Notes under the pieces: generated by a model
Told to the model about the DNA's origin: nothing
The model's database searches: none
Seen by the model: only the letters and a program-made list of their open reading frames with translations
Source: Pasteurella multocida
GTDB lineage: Bacteria > Pseudomonadota > Gammaproteobacteria > Enterobacterales > Pasteurellaceae
Reading direction: 5' to 3'
NCBI RefSeq assembly: GCF_900187275.1
Contig: NZ_LT906458.1
Coordinates: 1,620,001-1,652,000, forward strand
Length of the DNA: 32,000 nucleotides
Made by a program: the position numbers and the translations under genes
In this document: piece by piece, positions 1-8,119 of the stretch
How the letters are laid out: each line of letters begins with the position of its first letter
How positions within the stretch are numbered: position 1 is the stretch's first letter

Positions 1-1
1 A

Positions 2-175
2 ATAAACGGTTTACAAGAAGATTTAAGAACGGCCATTACACTCCGCGAGCTTGAGGGCTTAAGCTACGAAGAGATCGCAGAAATTATGGATTGTCCAGTT
101 GGAACTGTTCGCTCTCGAATTTTCCGTGCGCGTGAAATTATCGAAAGTAAAGTGCAACCTATGTTGCAACGTTAA
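2..175 (+). CDS. rpoE: ECF sigma-E factor, C-terminal fragment (5' end outside window)
   Basis: Frame starting at nt 2 reads ...LRELEGLSYEEIAEIMDCPVGTVRSRIFRAREIIESKVQPMLQR*, the region-4 HTH of sigma-E. It is followed by rseA-rseB-rseC. Confidence 0.85.
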   Translation: MNGLQEDLRTAITLRELEGLSYEEIAEIMDCPVGTVRSRIFRAREIIESKVQPMLQR

Positions 176-221
176 ATACAATACAAAAAATCCAAAACCA
201 AGCAAAAGTTGGAGTGTCCAA

Positions 222-812
222 ATGCAAAAAGAGTTACTTTCAGCCTATATTGATGGTGAACAAGTCAGCGCTGAATTGACTGAAAAATTATGCCAAGATG
301 ACGAATTACAGCAATCTTGGGCAAATTTTCATACAATTCGTGCAGTCATGCGTCAAGAAAGCGAAGTATTACTGGGTGCAGATTTTACCGCGAAAATGGA
401 AGCGCTCATTGAAGCAGAGGAAATGAAAGTCGTCACACCGATGATTTCACAACCGTTGCCAGAAGAAGTAGAACACTTACCATTTATGCAAAAACTCAAA
501 GGTCTTTTTGCTCCCTTGGCACAAGTCGCTGTGGCGGCAAGCGTTTGCTTAGTTGCGGTGCTCGGCACACAATCTGTGATTACGGCTAAGAATGAAGCGC
601 AAAACAATGTTGATGCGCCAATTTTACAAACCTTACCGTTTAATAATGTCGTACAGCAAGTAAGTTATAATGCACCGATTAAAGATGTAGTCACACCAGA
701 GCAATTGGAACAAAAAAATAAACGCATTGGTACAATGTTACAAAACTATGAAGTACAACGTCGTCTTTATGCTGACTCTTTAATCTTAAATCAGCAAAAC
801 ACACAAAAATAA
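222..812 (+). CDS. rseA: anti-sigma-E factor RseA (MclA-like)
   Basis: The track ORF 99-812 overlaps rpoE. The internal ATG at 222 is preceded by GGAG. The N-terminus MQKELLSAYIDGEQ... and the central hydrophobic segment fit RseA, as does synteny with rpoE/rseB. Confidence 0.8.
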   Translation: MQKELLSAYIDGEQVSAELTEKLCQDDELQQSWANFHTIRAVMRQESEVLLGADFTAKMEALIEAEEMKVVTPMISQPLPEEVEHLPFMQKLKGLFAPLAQVAVAASVCLVAVLGTQSVITAKNEAQNNVDAPILQTLPFNNVVQQVSYNAPIKDVVTPEQLEQKNKRIGTMLQNYEVQRRLYADSLILNQQNTQK

Positions 813-831
813 TGTTTTTCGTTAATTCACC

Positions 832-863
832 TTCACCACCTTTATAGGTGGTGAATTTGTTTT
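832..863 (+). terminator. terminator-like hairpin between rseA and rseB (possible intra-operon attenuator)
   Basis: TTCACCACC-TTTATA-GGTGGTGAA followed by TTTGTTTT. It abuts the rseB start region. Confidence 0.4.
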
Positions 864-1829
864 ATGGTGGCAACTATGTTTAAAGCACTGCAAAAATCTC
901 TCACCTTTTTCTTGCTCGCGCTCTGCTCATTTAACACATTTGCAGAAGAAAGCCTGTCGGCCAAACAAATTCTACTCAAAATGCCAGAAGCGCGCGAAAA
1001 ACTCAGCTATGAAATTGCTTTTGTAAAAACAACACCCGCCAATATGGATTCTTTACGTTATCGTCATCTTCATATTGATGGTAAATCCTATGCGCAGTTA
1101 GTGACTCTGGACGGTGTCCAACAAGAAATTGTGCTCAGGGATAATTTAGTCAGCTATTTCCAGCCGAATTTCCAACCTTTTACGATTCATAGCGCCCAAA
1201 TCATTGACAGTTTACCGGCACTGATGAATGCCAATTTTGAACGGTTAGAAAAATACTATGATTTTGTCAAAATGGGGCGTAATCGTGTTGCTAACCGCCT
1301 TGTGCAAACAATTCGCATTTTGCCAAAAGATGATTTCCGTTACCAATATGTCGCCTTTATTGATGAAGAAAATCATTTGCTACTACAAAGTGACATTCTC
1401 GATCGCGATGGTAACTTATTAGATCAATTTCGTGTCGTCAATCTGTATATTGGCGATGGCTTACAAGGTTTAGCAGAATATCTCGAAAATATTGTGTTCC
1501 CACCATTACTGATTGATAAAAAAGAAGAGACAACGCCAACATTCCACTGGCAAACCAGCTGGTTACCACAGGGGTTTGTCAAAATAAATCAAGCTGTGGG
1601 ATTAGACGATGAACGCCATATTGAAAGCCAATTATACAGTGACGGGTTATTCTCTTTTACGCTTTATGTGTCTGATCCGATTGCCGAGGTCAATTTAGAT
1701 AATACGTGGAAACAAGGAACTTATACGATTTACAGTGAAATGATCAATGGCAAAGAAATTACCTTTGTTGGTCAATTACCGATTTCCACCGCAAAACGTA
1801 TCGTGCAAGATATTCAGTTCAAAAAGTAA
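864..1829 (+). CDS. rseB: sigma-E regulatory protein RseB (MucB family)
   Basis: Synteny after rseA. A signal-peptide-like N-terminus (MFKALQKSLTFFLLALCSFNTFA) follows. An alternative start at ATG 876 has GGTGG upstream. Confidence 0.85.
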   Translation: MVATMFKALQKSLTFFLLALCSFNTFAEESLSAKQILLKMPEAREKLSYEIAFVKTTPANMDSLRYRHLHIDGKSYAQLVTLDGVQQEIVLRDNLVSYFQPNFQPFTIHSAQIIDSLPALMNANFERLEKYYDFVKMGRNRVANRLVQTIRILPKDDFRYQYVAFIDEENHLLLQSDILDRDGNLLDQFRVVNLYIGDGLQGLAEYLENIVFPPLLIDKKEETTPTFHWQTSWLPQGFVKINQAVGLDDERHIESQLYSDGLFSFTLYVSDPIAEVNLDNTWKQGTYTIYSEMINGKEITFVGQLPISTAKRIVQDIQFKK

Positions 1830-1837
1830 GGCATAAC

Positions 1838-2269
1838 ATGTTAAAAGAAACAGCCATTGTGATTGACTACCAATCCGGCATGGCAAAAGTAAAATGTCAA
1901 TCACAAAGTGCTTGTGGAGCTTGTGCAGCACAAAATGCCTGTGGCGCCTCCGCTCTCTCTGAACTCACTGGAGAAAAGGGAGAGCACATTTTTTGGATTG
2001 AAACCATTACTCCACTAAAAGTGGGGCAACGGGTTGAAATTGGTTTAGAAGAGCGTTCGTTAATTTTCTCCGCGCTCATCATTTATATTGTTCCTCTACT
2101 TACTATTCTCGCCAGCACGTTTCTCGCGGAAAAACTGTTCTCTCATGAATTAATCAGCGCTTTGTTTATCTTTATTTGCACAGCATTGTCCTTTCTCGCC
2201 ATTCGCACATACAGTAAAAGGTTAAAGAAGAAACACCACTACCAACCTATTTTATTAAGAGTTTTGTAA
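1838..2269 (+). CDS. rseC: RseC/SoxR-reducing system protein
   Basis: N-terminal Cys cluster (CQSQSACGACAAQNACG), two C-terminal TM helices, and position after rseB. Confidence 0.8.
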   Translation: MLKETAIVIDYQSGMAKVKCQSQSACGACAAQNACGASALSELTGEKGEHIFWIETITPLKVGQRVEIGLEERSLIFSALIIYIVPLLTILASTFLAEKLFSHELISALFIFICTALSFLAIRTYSKRLKKKHHYQPILLRVL

Positions 2270-2319
2270 TCTTAACGAATCCTTTATAATGCACAGAAAT
2301 TTAAAAATAGGATAATTTT

Positions 2320-2829
2320 ATGCCGTTTATGTTAGGTATTACAGGCTATAGTGGAAGTGGCAAAACCACATTACTTGAACAGCTCGTGCCAATTCTTAAT
2401 CAACATGGGATAAAGGTTTCCGTGATAAAACACAGTCACCATGATGCACAAGTAGATAAAGTCGGTAAAGACAGCTGGCGCATGAAAGCAGCAGGAGCGA
2501 ATCAGGTGATGATGACCTGCGATAATCGTTGGGCATTGATGACAGAAACACCAACGCAACCCGCCAATCTAGCCTATTTAGCGCAACATTTTGATCCTCA
2601 CTTAACGGACTTAATCCTTGTAGAAGGTTTCAAACATGAGCCGATTGAAAAAATATTATTACACCGTCAAGAAATGACAAAACCGCGACCAGAACTCGAC
2701 CAATATGTTATTGCGTTAGCCACCAACTATCCACTTTCATCAACGGTCCCTGTTTTAGACATCAATGATATCACGCAAATCGCTACTTTCATTCGGCATT
2801 GGTATCAACAAAAGTGCGGTGCAAAATAG
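2320..2829 (+). CDS. mobB: molybdopterin-guanine dinucleotide biosynthesis adapter MobB
   Basis: P-loop [17 protein letters not shown], plus VIKHSHHD and ILVEGFKHE blocks collinear with E. coli MobB. Confidence 0.85.
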   Translation: MPFMLGITGYSGSGKTTLLEQLVPILNQHGIKVSVIKHSHHDAQVDKVGKDSWRMKAAGANQVMMTCDNRWALMTETPTQPANLAYLAQHFDPHLTDLILVEGFKHEPIEKILLHRQEMTKPRPELDQYVIALATNYPLSSTVPVLDINDITQIATFIRHWYQQKCGAK

Positions 2830-2838
2830 GAAAGTTTT

Positions 2839-4224
2839 ATGACCGAACGTGAAAGTTATCGGGGGTTAGCTTGGATTGCGGCAATGGCACTTTTCATGCA
2901 AACCCTTGATGCAACCATTCTCAACACTGCCTTACCCGCCATTTCACGCGATTTAAATGAATCGCCGTTAGAAATGCAACTTGCGATTATCAGCTATGCA
3001 CTCAGTGTGGCATTGTTTATCCCACTCAGTGGTTGGCTCGCGGATAAATATGGCACCTTAAAAATTTTTCGCATTGCTGTCAGCATTTTTGTTATCGGCT
3101 CTGTTGCCTGCGCCATCTCTAACACGCTTGATACCCTTGTCCTGGCGCGTGTATTACAAGGTTTTGGCGGTGCCTTAATGATGCCCGTAGCACGGCTTGC
3201 CATTATTCGCACCGTGCCTAAACAGCATTTATTATCCGTTTGGAATTTAATGGCGATGTCAGGTTTGCTCGGTCCGATTTTAGGTCCGATTTTAGGTGGC
3301 TGGTTAGTAACCTATGCGACTTGGCATTGGATATTCTTGATTAATATTCCGATTGGTATTATCGGGGTATTGATTGCAGGCAACTACATGCAAAATGTCA
3401 CGGCTGAAGTCAATAAACTTGATTGGAAAGGCTTTATGCTCTTTGCTGGTAGTTTAGTCGGACTCACATTGGGCTTAGATCTCATCGCTGAACGAAGTAG
3501 TCATAAAGGGATTGCGTTTAGTGTATTAATGTTGGGATTACTCTTATTGTGTGCTTATTATTTCCACGCGAAAAAATCCCCTATTTCCCTTTTGCCACTG
3601 TCCTTATTTAAGATCAGAACCTTTACGATCAGCATTGTGGCCAACTTATTTATTCGCCTTTGTGGTTCGGGGATTCCTTTTTTATTGCCTTTGATGTTAC
3701 AAGTTGTTTTTCATTACAGCGCGGAATTATCTGGCTGGCTCCTCGCTCCGATTGCCATCAGCTCTGTGTTAATGAAACCCTTAATTAGCCCTATTCTCCA
3801 CCGTTTAGGCTACAAAACCACCCTTCTTTTAACTGCCATTTGTCTCACACTGGCGATTGCTGTCATGGCGTTGGTCACTGTTGACACACCAATTTGGTTA
3901 TTAGTACTCGCCCTCGCATTTTATGGCGCTTGTATGTCTGTGATTTTCAGTGCGACCAATACCTTAGCGGTCAGCGAATTATCCGAACAAAACGCCAGTG
4001 CCGGCTCTACTATTTTGAGCGTTGCTCAACAAATGGGGATTGGGATCGGCATTGCGGTCTGCTCCGTGATCCTTGGGATTTATCGCGACCACATCGGAGA
4101 AGTCGGTGAACAACTTCAACAATCATTCAGCTATACCTTTTTAAGTGTTGCCTGTTTTGGTTTTATTTTGATTTGGGTGCTCACTTATTTAAAAGCCCAA
4201 GATGGTCAGAGTCTCCGTCGTTAA
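2839..4224 (+). CDS. mdtD: MFS transporter, DHA2 family, MdtD-like
   Basis: 461 aa with multiple TM segments. The N-terminal third (FMQTLDATILNTALP..., LARVLQGFGGALMMPV..., WHWIFLINIPIGIIG) is collinear with E. coli MdtD as recalled. Confidence 0.7.
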   Translation: MTERESYRGLAWIAAMALFMQTLDATILNTALPAISRDLNESPLEMQLAIISYALSVALFIPLSGWLADKYGTLKIFRIAVSIFVIGSVACAISNTLDTLVLARVLQGFGGALMMPVARLAIIRTVPKQHLLSVWNLMAMSGLLGPILGPILGGWLVTYATWHWIFLINIPIGIIGVLIAGNYMQNVTAEVNKLDWKGFMLFAGSLVGLTLGLDLIAERSSHKGIAFSVLMLGLLLLCAYYFHAKKSPISLLPLSLFKIRTFTISIVANLFIRLCGSGIPFLLPLMLQVVFHYSAELSGWLLAPIAISSVLMKPLISPILHRLGYKTTLLLTAICLTLAIAVMALVTVDTPIWLLVLALAFYGACMSVIFSATNTLAVSELSEQNASAGSTILSVAQQMGIGIGIAVCSVILGIYRDHIGEVGEQLQQSFSYTFLSVACFGFILIWVLTYLKAQDGQSLRR

Positions 4225-4231
4225 AATACAA

Positions 4232-4259
4232 GGCGAGAATGGGAGTTGAATTCACAACC
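4232..4259. repeat. att-like degenerate copy of the tRNA-Sec 3' end (outermost junction)
   Basis: GGCGAGAATGGGAGTTGAATTCACAACC versus the tRNA copy GGCGGAGGAGAATGGGAGTCGAACCCACCC (18985-19014). It lies directly after the mdtD-like stop codon. Confidence 0.6.
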
Positions 4260-4334
4260 TAACCACTTGAATATAAATAGATTTATTTTAAGCAAATAAA
4301 AATAGGTAACAAAACAGGTAACAAAAACTGTTTT

Positions 4335-4498
4335 CACCCCTTATTTTTTGATTATTTTTTATACTCACTTTCTGTTTGATTATCTTCTCTAAAAATGAAT
4401 TTCGTTATAAAAAAGGAATAATTAAAACTTTTTAAGAGAGTGTCAGCCATTGGCTGATACTTATCAGGCATACGTTAGGATAATTTTCCTAACGGTGA
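4335..4498. repeat. island end module R1 (copy 1)
   Basis: Direct repeat of 6755-6923. The last ~95 nt differ at only a handful of positions. It contains overlapping palindromes TCAGCCA-T-TGGCTGA and CTGATA-CT-TATCAG, and the hairpin CGTTAGG-N8-CCTAACG. Confidence 0.8.
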
Positions 4499-4750
4499 AA
4501 CATTTAACTCTTATCTATTTGCTAATAATAACCGTTGTGCAAATTTACATATCGGACAATAACAATACGGATTATCTTCGTATGAGTACGGATAAAAAAC
4601 TAGTTATTAATGATCATTTACATGGGGTTGTTTTTAAAAATGACATTTTAAGTACACTGAAGAAAATAGGGAGTTAATACATCAAAACAAAGCATAAATA
4701 GATTAGTGAATCAAAAATTGGGGAATTTGATTGGTTAGTGAATTGAGAGT

Positions 4751-4777
4751 AAATAAAAACCGCCAGTGTGGCGGTTT
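4751..4777 (-). terminator. Rho-independent terminator of the GNAT-ASCH/ASCH cassette
   Basis: AAACCGCC-AGTGT-GGCGGTTT with a flanking A-run that gives a T-run on the minus strand. It lies immediately 3' of the ASCH gene stop. Confidence 0.65.
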
Positions 4778-4782
4778 GTTGA

Positions 4783-5157
4783 TTAATTAATGTAGCAATA
4801 AGACTGTGGAGGTGTGCCAGAAGCTATAACATCTGAAATCGCTAATGGTTCATCGTATAATTTGAATGAGTCAATTTCAAAAGCATGCGCTAAAGCTCTT
4901 GTGGAAAAATACTCATCAAAGAAATTTTTGGTAATACCAGAAAATTCTTTTGTTTTTTCCCAGAGTGATTCTGGTGTATGGGATATTACATCTTTAATCT
5001 TAAATTCACCGACCACTTTTCCAACAGGCATTGTGGAGTAAACGACAATTGTTGTTATTCCTTCGCGTTTTGGTAGCGATTTTCTAAACTCAAATTTTTT
5101 TTCACCTGAAATGATTTTTTCTACAAACTCAGGTTTAATCGATAATAAAACTTTCAT
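4783..5157 (-). CDS. ASCH (PUA-like) domain protein, 124 aa
   Basis: N-terminal LLSIKPEFVEKIISGEKKFEFRK and VGKVVGEFKIKDV blocks are typical of ASCH-fold proteins. It overlaps the upstream gene by 23 nt. Confidence 0.7.
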   Translation of the reverse strand: MKVLLSIKPEFVEKIISGEKKFEFRKSLPKREGITTIVVYSTMPVGKVVGEFKIKDVISHTPESLWEKTKEFSGITKNFFDEYFSTRALAHAFEIDSFKLYDEPLAISDVIASGTPPQSYCYIN

Positions 5158-6184
5158 TGGCTTTTGATAAATATATAATTTTGTTAAATTTTTCGTCCGA
5201 AATTGGATGTAGTACTATTCTATTTTTACCTTGAATAATTCCATTGTCAAGCAAGGATTGCCGATTAATTCTTTTAGGCAACACTAAATTATATGTGAAT
5301 CTAATTACATATTCAGGATATTTTTCATAGTAGAAACGGGATAACTCTTGCTCTGTAAATACACTAAATTTTAGACAATATTTAAGATATTCAGAGAGTG
5401 TTTTAAATTCGCTAACATGACGCACACTTTCTACTACGCAAACGGAGGATAATACAGATCTGTAATAAGCTCTCTTTGCGATATCAGTCATTCTATACAT
5501 CACAAGAATATCACCCCTCCTTAGATTATTCGCACCATAAGCTGCTGATATATAAATCTTGTGTATGCTATTTGAATGTGACACATCTTTAATAATATCT
5601 GGAGATTCTCCAAATAATTTTGATTCTGGAAACATTCTTGTGTGGTATTCAGGTTTTATGGCAAGTAGATATTTATTAGCGTTTTGTTGATGAATGAAAG
5701 GGTAGTCTTGATAAATATGGTTCTTAATCACATGGAGATCTCTTAGGTAAACAAATTCAGTCCCGTTCGGGCTAACTTTTTCTCCATTCTTCTCAAAACC
5801 ATAGAATTTGAACAAGTCGATTAATGGCTCATGTTTTTCAAAAACAGTAAGATAAACTATATCGACATGGTTTGTTATGGCAATATCTAATATTTTCTTT
5901 ATAAACCTTTGTCCTCTTAATGTTCCAGCAGGATTAAACTTAAACGTCCCCACTTTCATCACAGCTTTTCCTCGAATGGGTGGGTTTACATCTTCTACAT
6001 CACTCTCAAATTTATAATATAAAAAGCCTTCTATCAGGTTATTATCGTTATATAAAACATAAGCCCACTCGTTTGACTTTCTTTGAAACCAGTCAGAAAA
6101 CTCTTTATAATCTTTCTTTAAGCTATCAAAGAATGGATCGTCTAAATTGACATCTGAGAAGAGTACAACTTTTAAGTTATCCAT
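5135..6184 (-). CDS. two-domain protein: N-terminal GNAT-like acyltransferase plus C-terminal ASCH-like domain (349 aa from ATG 6184)
   Basis: ATG 6184 is preceded by AAGGAAAAAT; the track start at 6214 lacks an SD. GNAT-like core: VGTFKFNPAGTLRGQRFIKKILDIA...VYLTVFEKHEPLIDLFKFYGFEKNGE. The C-terminal half opens LLAIKPEYHTRMFPES and continues RRGDILVMY...VCVVESV, paralleling the downstream ASCH protein. Confidence 0.55.
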   Translation of the reverse strand: MDNLKVVLFSDVNLDDPFFDSLKKDYKEFSDWFQRKSNEWAYVLYNDNNLIEGFLYYKFESDVEDVNPPIRGKAVMKVGTFKFNPAGTLRGQRFIKKILDIAITNHVDIVYLTVFEKHEPLIDLFKFYGFEKNGEKVSPNGTEFVYLRDLHVIKNHIYQDYPFIHQQNANKYLLAIKPEYHTRMFPESKLFGESPDIIKDVSHSNSIHKIYISAAYGANNLRRGDILVMYRMTDIAKRAYYRSVLSSVCVVESVRHVSEFKTLSEYLKYCLKFSVFTEQELSRFYYEKYPEYVIRFTYNLVLPKRINRQSLLDNGIIQGKNRIVLHPISDEKFNKIIYLSKANESFIID

Positions 6185-6362
6185 ATTTTTCCTTATGTTA
6201 AATCCACTAATCACAAAGCACAGACCACCAAAAGACTTTGTTTATCAAGTGCCACGCTAAATTCAAAAAAATCACCTTTATAACAAGTTGATTTTTAATA
6301 CTACGACAATAGCGTTATATAAACAAATATCTATTATATGTTTTGTGATCCGCCTCAAAGAG

Positions 6363-6533
6363 TAAAAAAGGTCGAAAAACTGGAATAACAATTTAAGGAG
6401 TTTTTAGGAGCAGTAGTTTGGGCTTTTTACTTGAACTTTTTACCCCCTCCCTATATCTGAAAATTTTAATTTCGCGGTTGTAAAAATTGAGTTAGTGGAG
6501 CGGTTGATAAAGTAAAAAGTAGTAGAGATTTAA
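6363..6533. repeat. island end module R2 (copy 1)
   Basis: Direct repeat of 6948-7118 (TAAAAAAGGTC..ACTGGAATA...ATATCTGAAAATTTTAATTTCGCGGTTG.AAAAATTGAGTTAGT...GTAGAGATTTA). Confidence 0.8.
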
Positions 6534-6629
6534 TCGTCTCTCTTCCAAATAATGTTATAAGCATTAAATACACAAATTTTTTAATATGTGACACATAATC
6601 AATATGTGGATTTACGAGGGGGGGTGATG

Positions 6630-6674
6630 AAGATTAATTTATGGAGTGGCGGAGATCATGGGAGTCCAATTCAC
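6630..6674. repeat. central att-like junction between the two elements
   Basis: AAGATTAATTTATGGA (6630-6645) is identical to 18967-18982. TGGCGGAGATCATGGGAGTCCAATTCAC (6647-6674) is a degenerate copy of the tRNA-Sec 3' end. Confidence 0.7.
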
Positions 6675-6722
6675 TATATAACATATTGATTTATAAAAGA
6701 CTAAATTTTAACACCCTAAAAT

Positions 6723-6744
6723 ATAGTACTATTCCTAGTACTAT
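6723..6744. promoter_or_regulatory. two TAGTACTAT repeats at the distal island end (candidate integrase/Xis arm-type sites)
   Basis: ATAGTACTAT (6723-6732) and CTAGTACTAT (6735-6744). The same 8-9-mer recurs five times next to int (18689-18861). Confidence 0.45.
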
Positions 6745-6754
6745 TTTTGTTTGC

Positions 6755-6923
6755 TACCCCCTGTTTTGATTATTTTTCATACTTATTTTTTTGTTTGATT
6801 CATCTTTTCTAAAAATGAGTTTCTTTACATTATAAAAAAGGACTAATTAAAACTTGTTAAGAGAGTGTCAGCCATTGGCTGATACTTATCAGGTATACGT
6901 TAGGATAATTTTCTTAACGGTGA
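6755..6923. repeat. island end module R1 (copy 2)
   Basis: Direct repeat of 4335-4498. Confidence 0.8.
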
Positions 6924-6947
6924 TTCTGCCGATTTTGCCGATGCTAT

Positions 6948-7118
6948 AAAAAAGGTCAAAAAACTGGAATAGCGATTTAAAGAGTTTTCAGGGGCGGTAT
7001 TCAAGACTTTTTATCTAAACTTTTTCCCCACCCTCCCCATATCTGAAAATTTTAATTTCGCGGTTGCAAAAATTGAGTTAGTAGGGCGGTTGCTAAAGTG
7101 AAAAGCTGTAGAGATTTA
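6948..7118. repeat. island end module R2 (copy 2)
   Basis: Direct repeat of 6363-6533. Here it lies only ~25 bp after R1 copy 2. Confidence 0.8.
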
Positions 7119-7154
7119 GCCTCCCCCTCCCTTTCTATCAACATTTTTAGGCAA

Positions 7155-7177
7155 TAAAAAAGCACCATTTAGGTGCT
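7155..7177 (-). terminator. Rho-independent terminator of the Abi gene
   Basis: AGCACC-ATTTA-GGTGCT preceded by AAAAAA, which gives a T-run on the minus strand. It overlaps the stop codon. Confidence 0.6.
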
Positions 7178-8119
7178 TTCATTATAGTTCTGTTTCATTA
7201 ACTCTATAGGCAGTGTTGTATACTCTCCTAACCCCATAAACTCTAATTTAGCATTTGGAACATCGGGAAAATCAGTATCAATTAAATCCTTTAGTTTTTC
7301 TAACCATTTATAGTTTTTGCTGTCAGTCTGCTGAATTAAATACCATAATATTAATATGCGACTAAAAACACGTTGCGATGTCCTTTCGTTCGTTTCTACT
7401 CTAGTGTTAGGTAAAGTAATAGCATTAAAATCTTTATTCCATACTCGAGAATGATGCGCACACAAGTTTCTCAAAATGTTGATTTCATGTAGCCATTTTT
7501 CAAAAGTAACATGATCTATACCAAATTTCTTGGAAATTTTTTTCTGATTGTTTCCTTTTAAAAATGAGTAATATTTTGATAAGGTTCCAAAATCCCATAT
7601 TTCTACAATCACCCAAAAAGGTATTTCTTTATCATTTTCCCTATGATAAATAATAAACTCAGCTTTATTTCTTTTAATTTCGTCCTGTAACTTAGGTAAC
7701 CAAACATTATCATAATTTCTTCTTACTTTTGGACTATCTTTCTTAATAAAATCCTTATTTTTATATGCTAATGGATCTATGCGACCTAATTCATGCGCCA
7801 TAACCGAACGTATGTTAACCTCTAATCTTTCGATAATATCTAACAGTAATAATCTCAGTTTTTTATCGAATAAATAAAGCTTATAAACTTCATTAAAAGA
7901 TGTATTTGGTAAAAACTCATCAATAAATTGACTTTGTCTTATGCCATTTTCAGTAACTATAGCAGTCCTTCTACTAGTAAACCAAAATCCAGAAAGACGA
8001 TAATAACCAACCTGAGAAAGTTTTCTTTTCGCGTATGAAATATCTTCAACTACCATCTTTCTAGTAAGCAAAATATCAACTAACTCAGCATATTCCTTAT
8101 GAGGTTTTGTTAAAAGCAT
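7169..8119 (-). CDS. Abi_2 (AbiD/AbiF-like) abortive-infection protein with HEPN Rx4H motif
   Basis: N-terminal ...KLSQVGYYRLSGFWF... is typical of Abi_2. RNLCAH (Rx4H, about nt 7454-7471) is a HEPN RNase signature. The gene is AT-rich with its own terminator. Confidence 0.75.
   Translation of the reverse strand: MLLTKPHKEYAELVDILLTRKMVVEDISYAKRKLSQVGYYRLSGFWFTSRRTAIVTENGIRQSQFIDEFLPNTSFNEVYKLYLFDKKLRLLLLDIIERLEVNIRSVMAHELGRIDPLAYKNKDFIKKDSPKVRRNYDNVWLPKLQDEIKRNKAEFIIYHRENDKEIPFWVIVEIWDFGTLSKYYSFLKGNNQKKISKKFGIDHVTFEKWLHEINILRNLCAHHSRVWNKDFNAITLPNTRVETNERTSQRVFSRILILWYLIQQTDSKNYKWLEKLKDLIDTDFPDVPNAKLEFMGLGEYTTLPIELMKQNYNEST

Larger units (their letters stand above)
4232..6646. mobile_element. 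integrase-less mini-island (CIME-like remnant) bounded by degenerate att copies, carrying the GNAT-ASCH/ASCH cassette
   Basis: Bounded by att-like copies at 4232-4259 and 6647-6674. Contains end modules R1 and R2, which are also found in the adjacent int-bearing island. No recombinase ORF is present. Confidence 0.6.

Noticed and set aside
99-221. 5' extension of the rseA ORF given by the track (start at 99)
   Set aside because: It overlaps the rpoE coding frame, which runs to 175. The ATG at 222 has a GGAG SD and gives the conserved MQKELLSAYIDGE N-terminus.
4450-4677. 75-aa plus-strand ORF at the start of the mini-island cargo
   Set aside because: It has a TTG start inside the conserved non-coding module R1 (within the palindrome), no SD, and an AT-rich low-complexity product. 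The equivalent sequence in R1' is not followed by an ORF.
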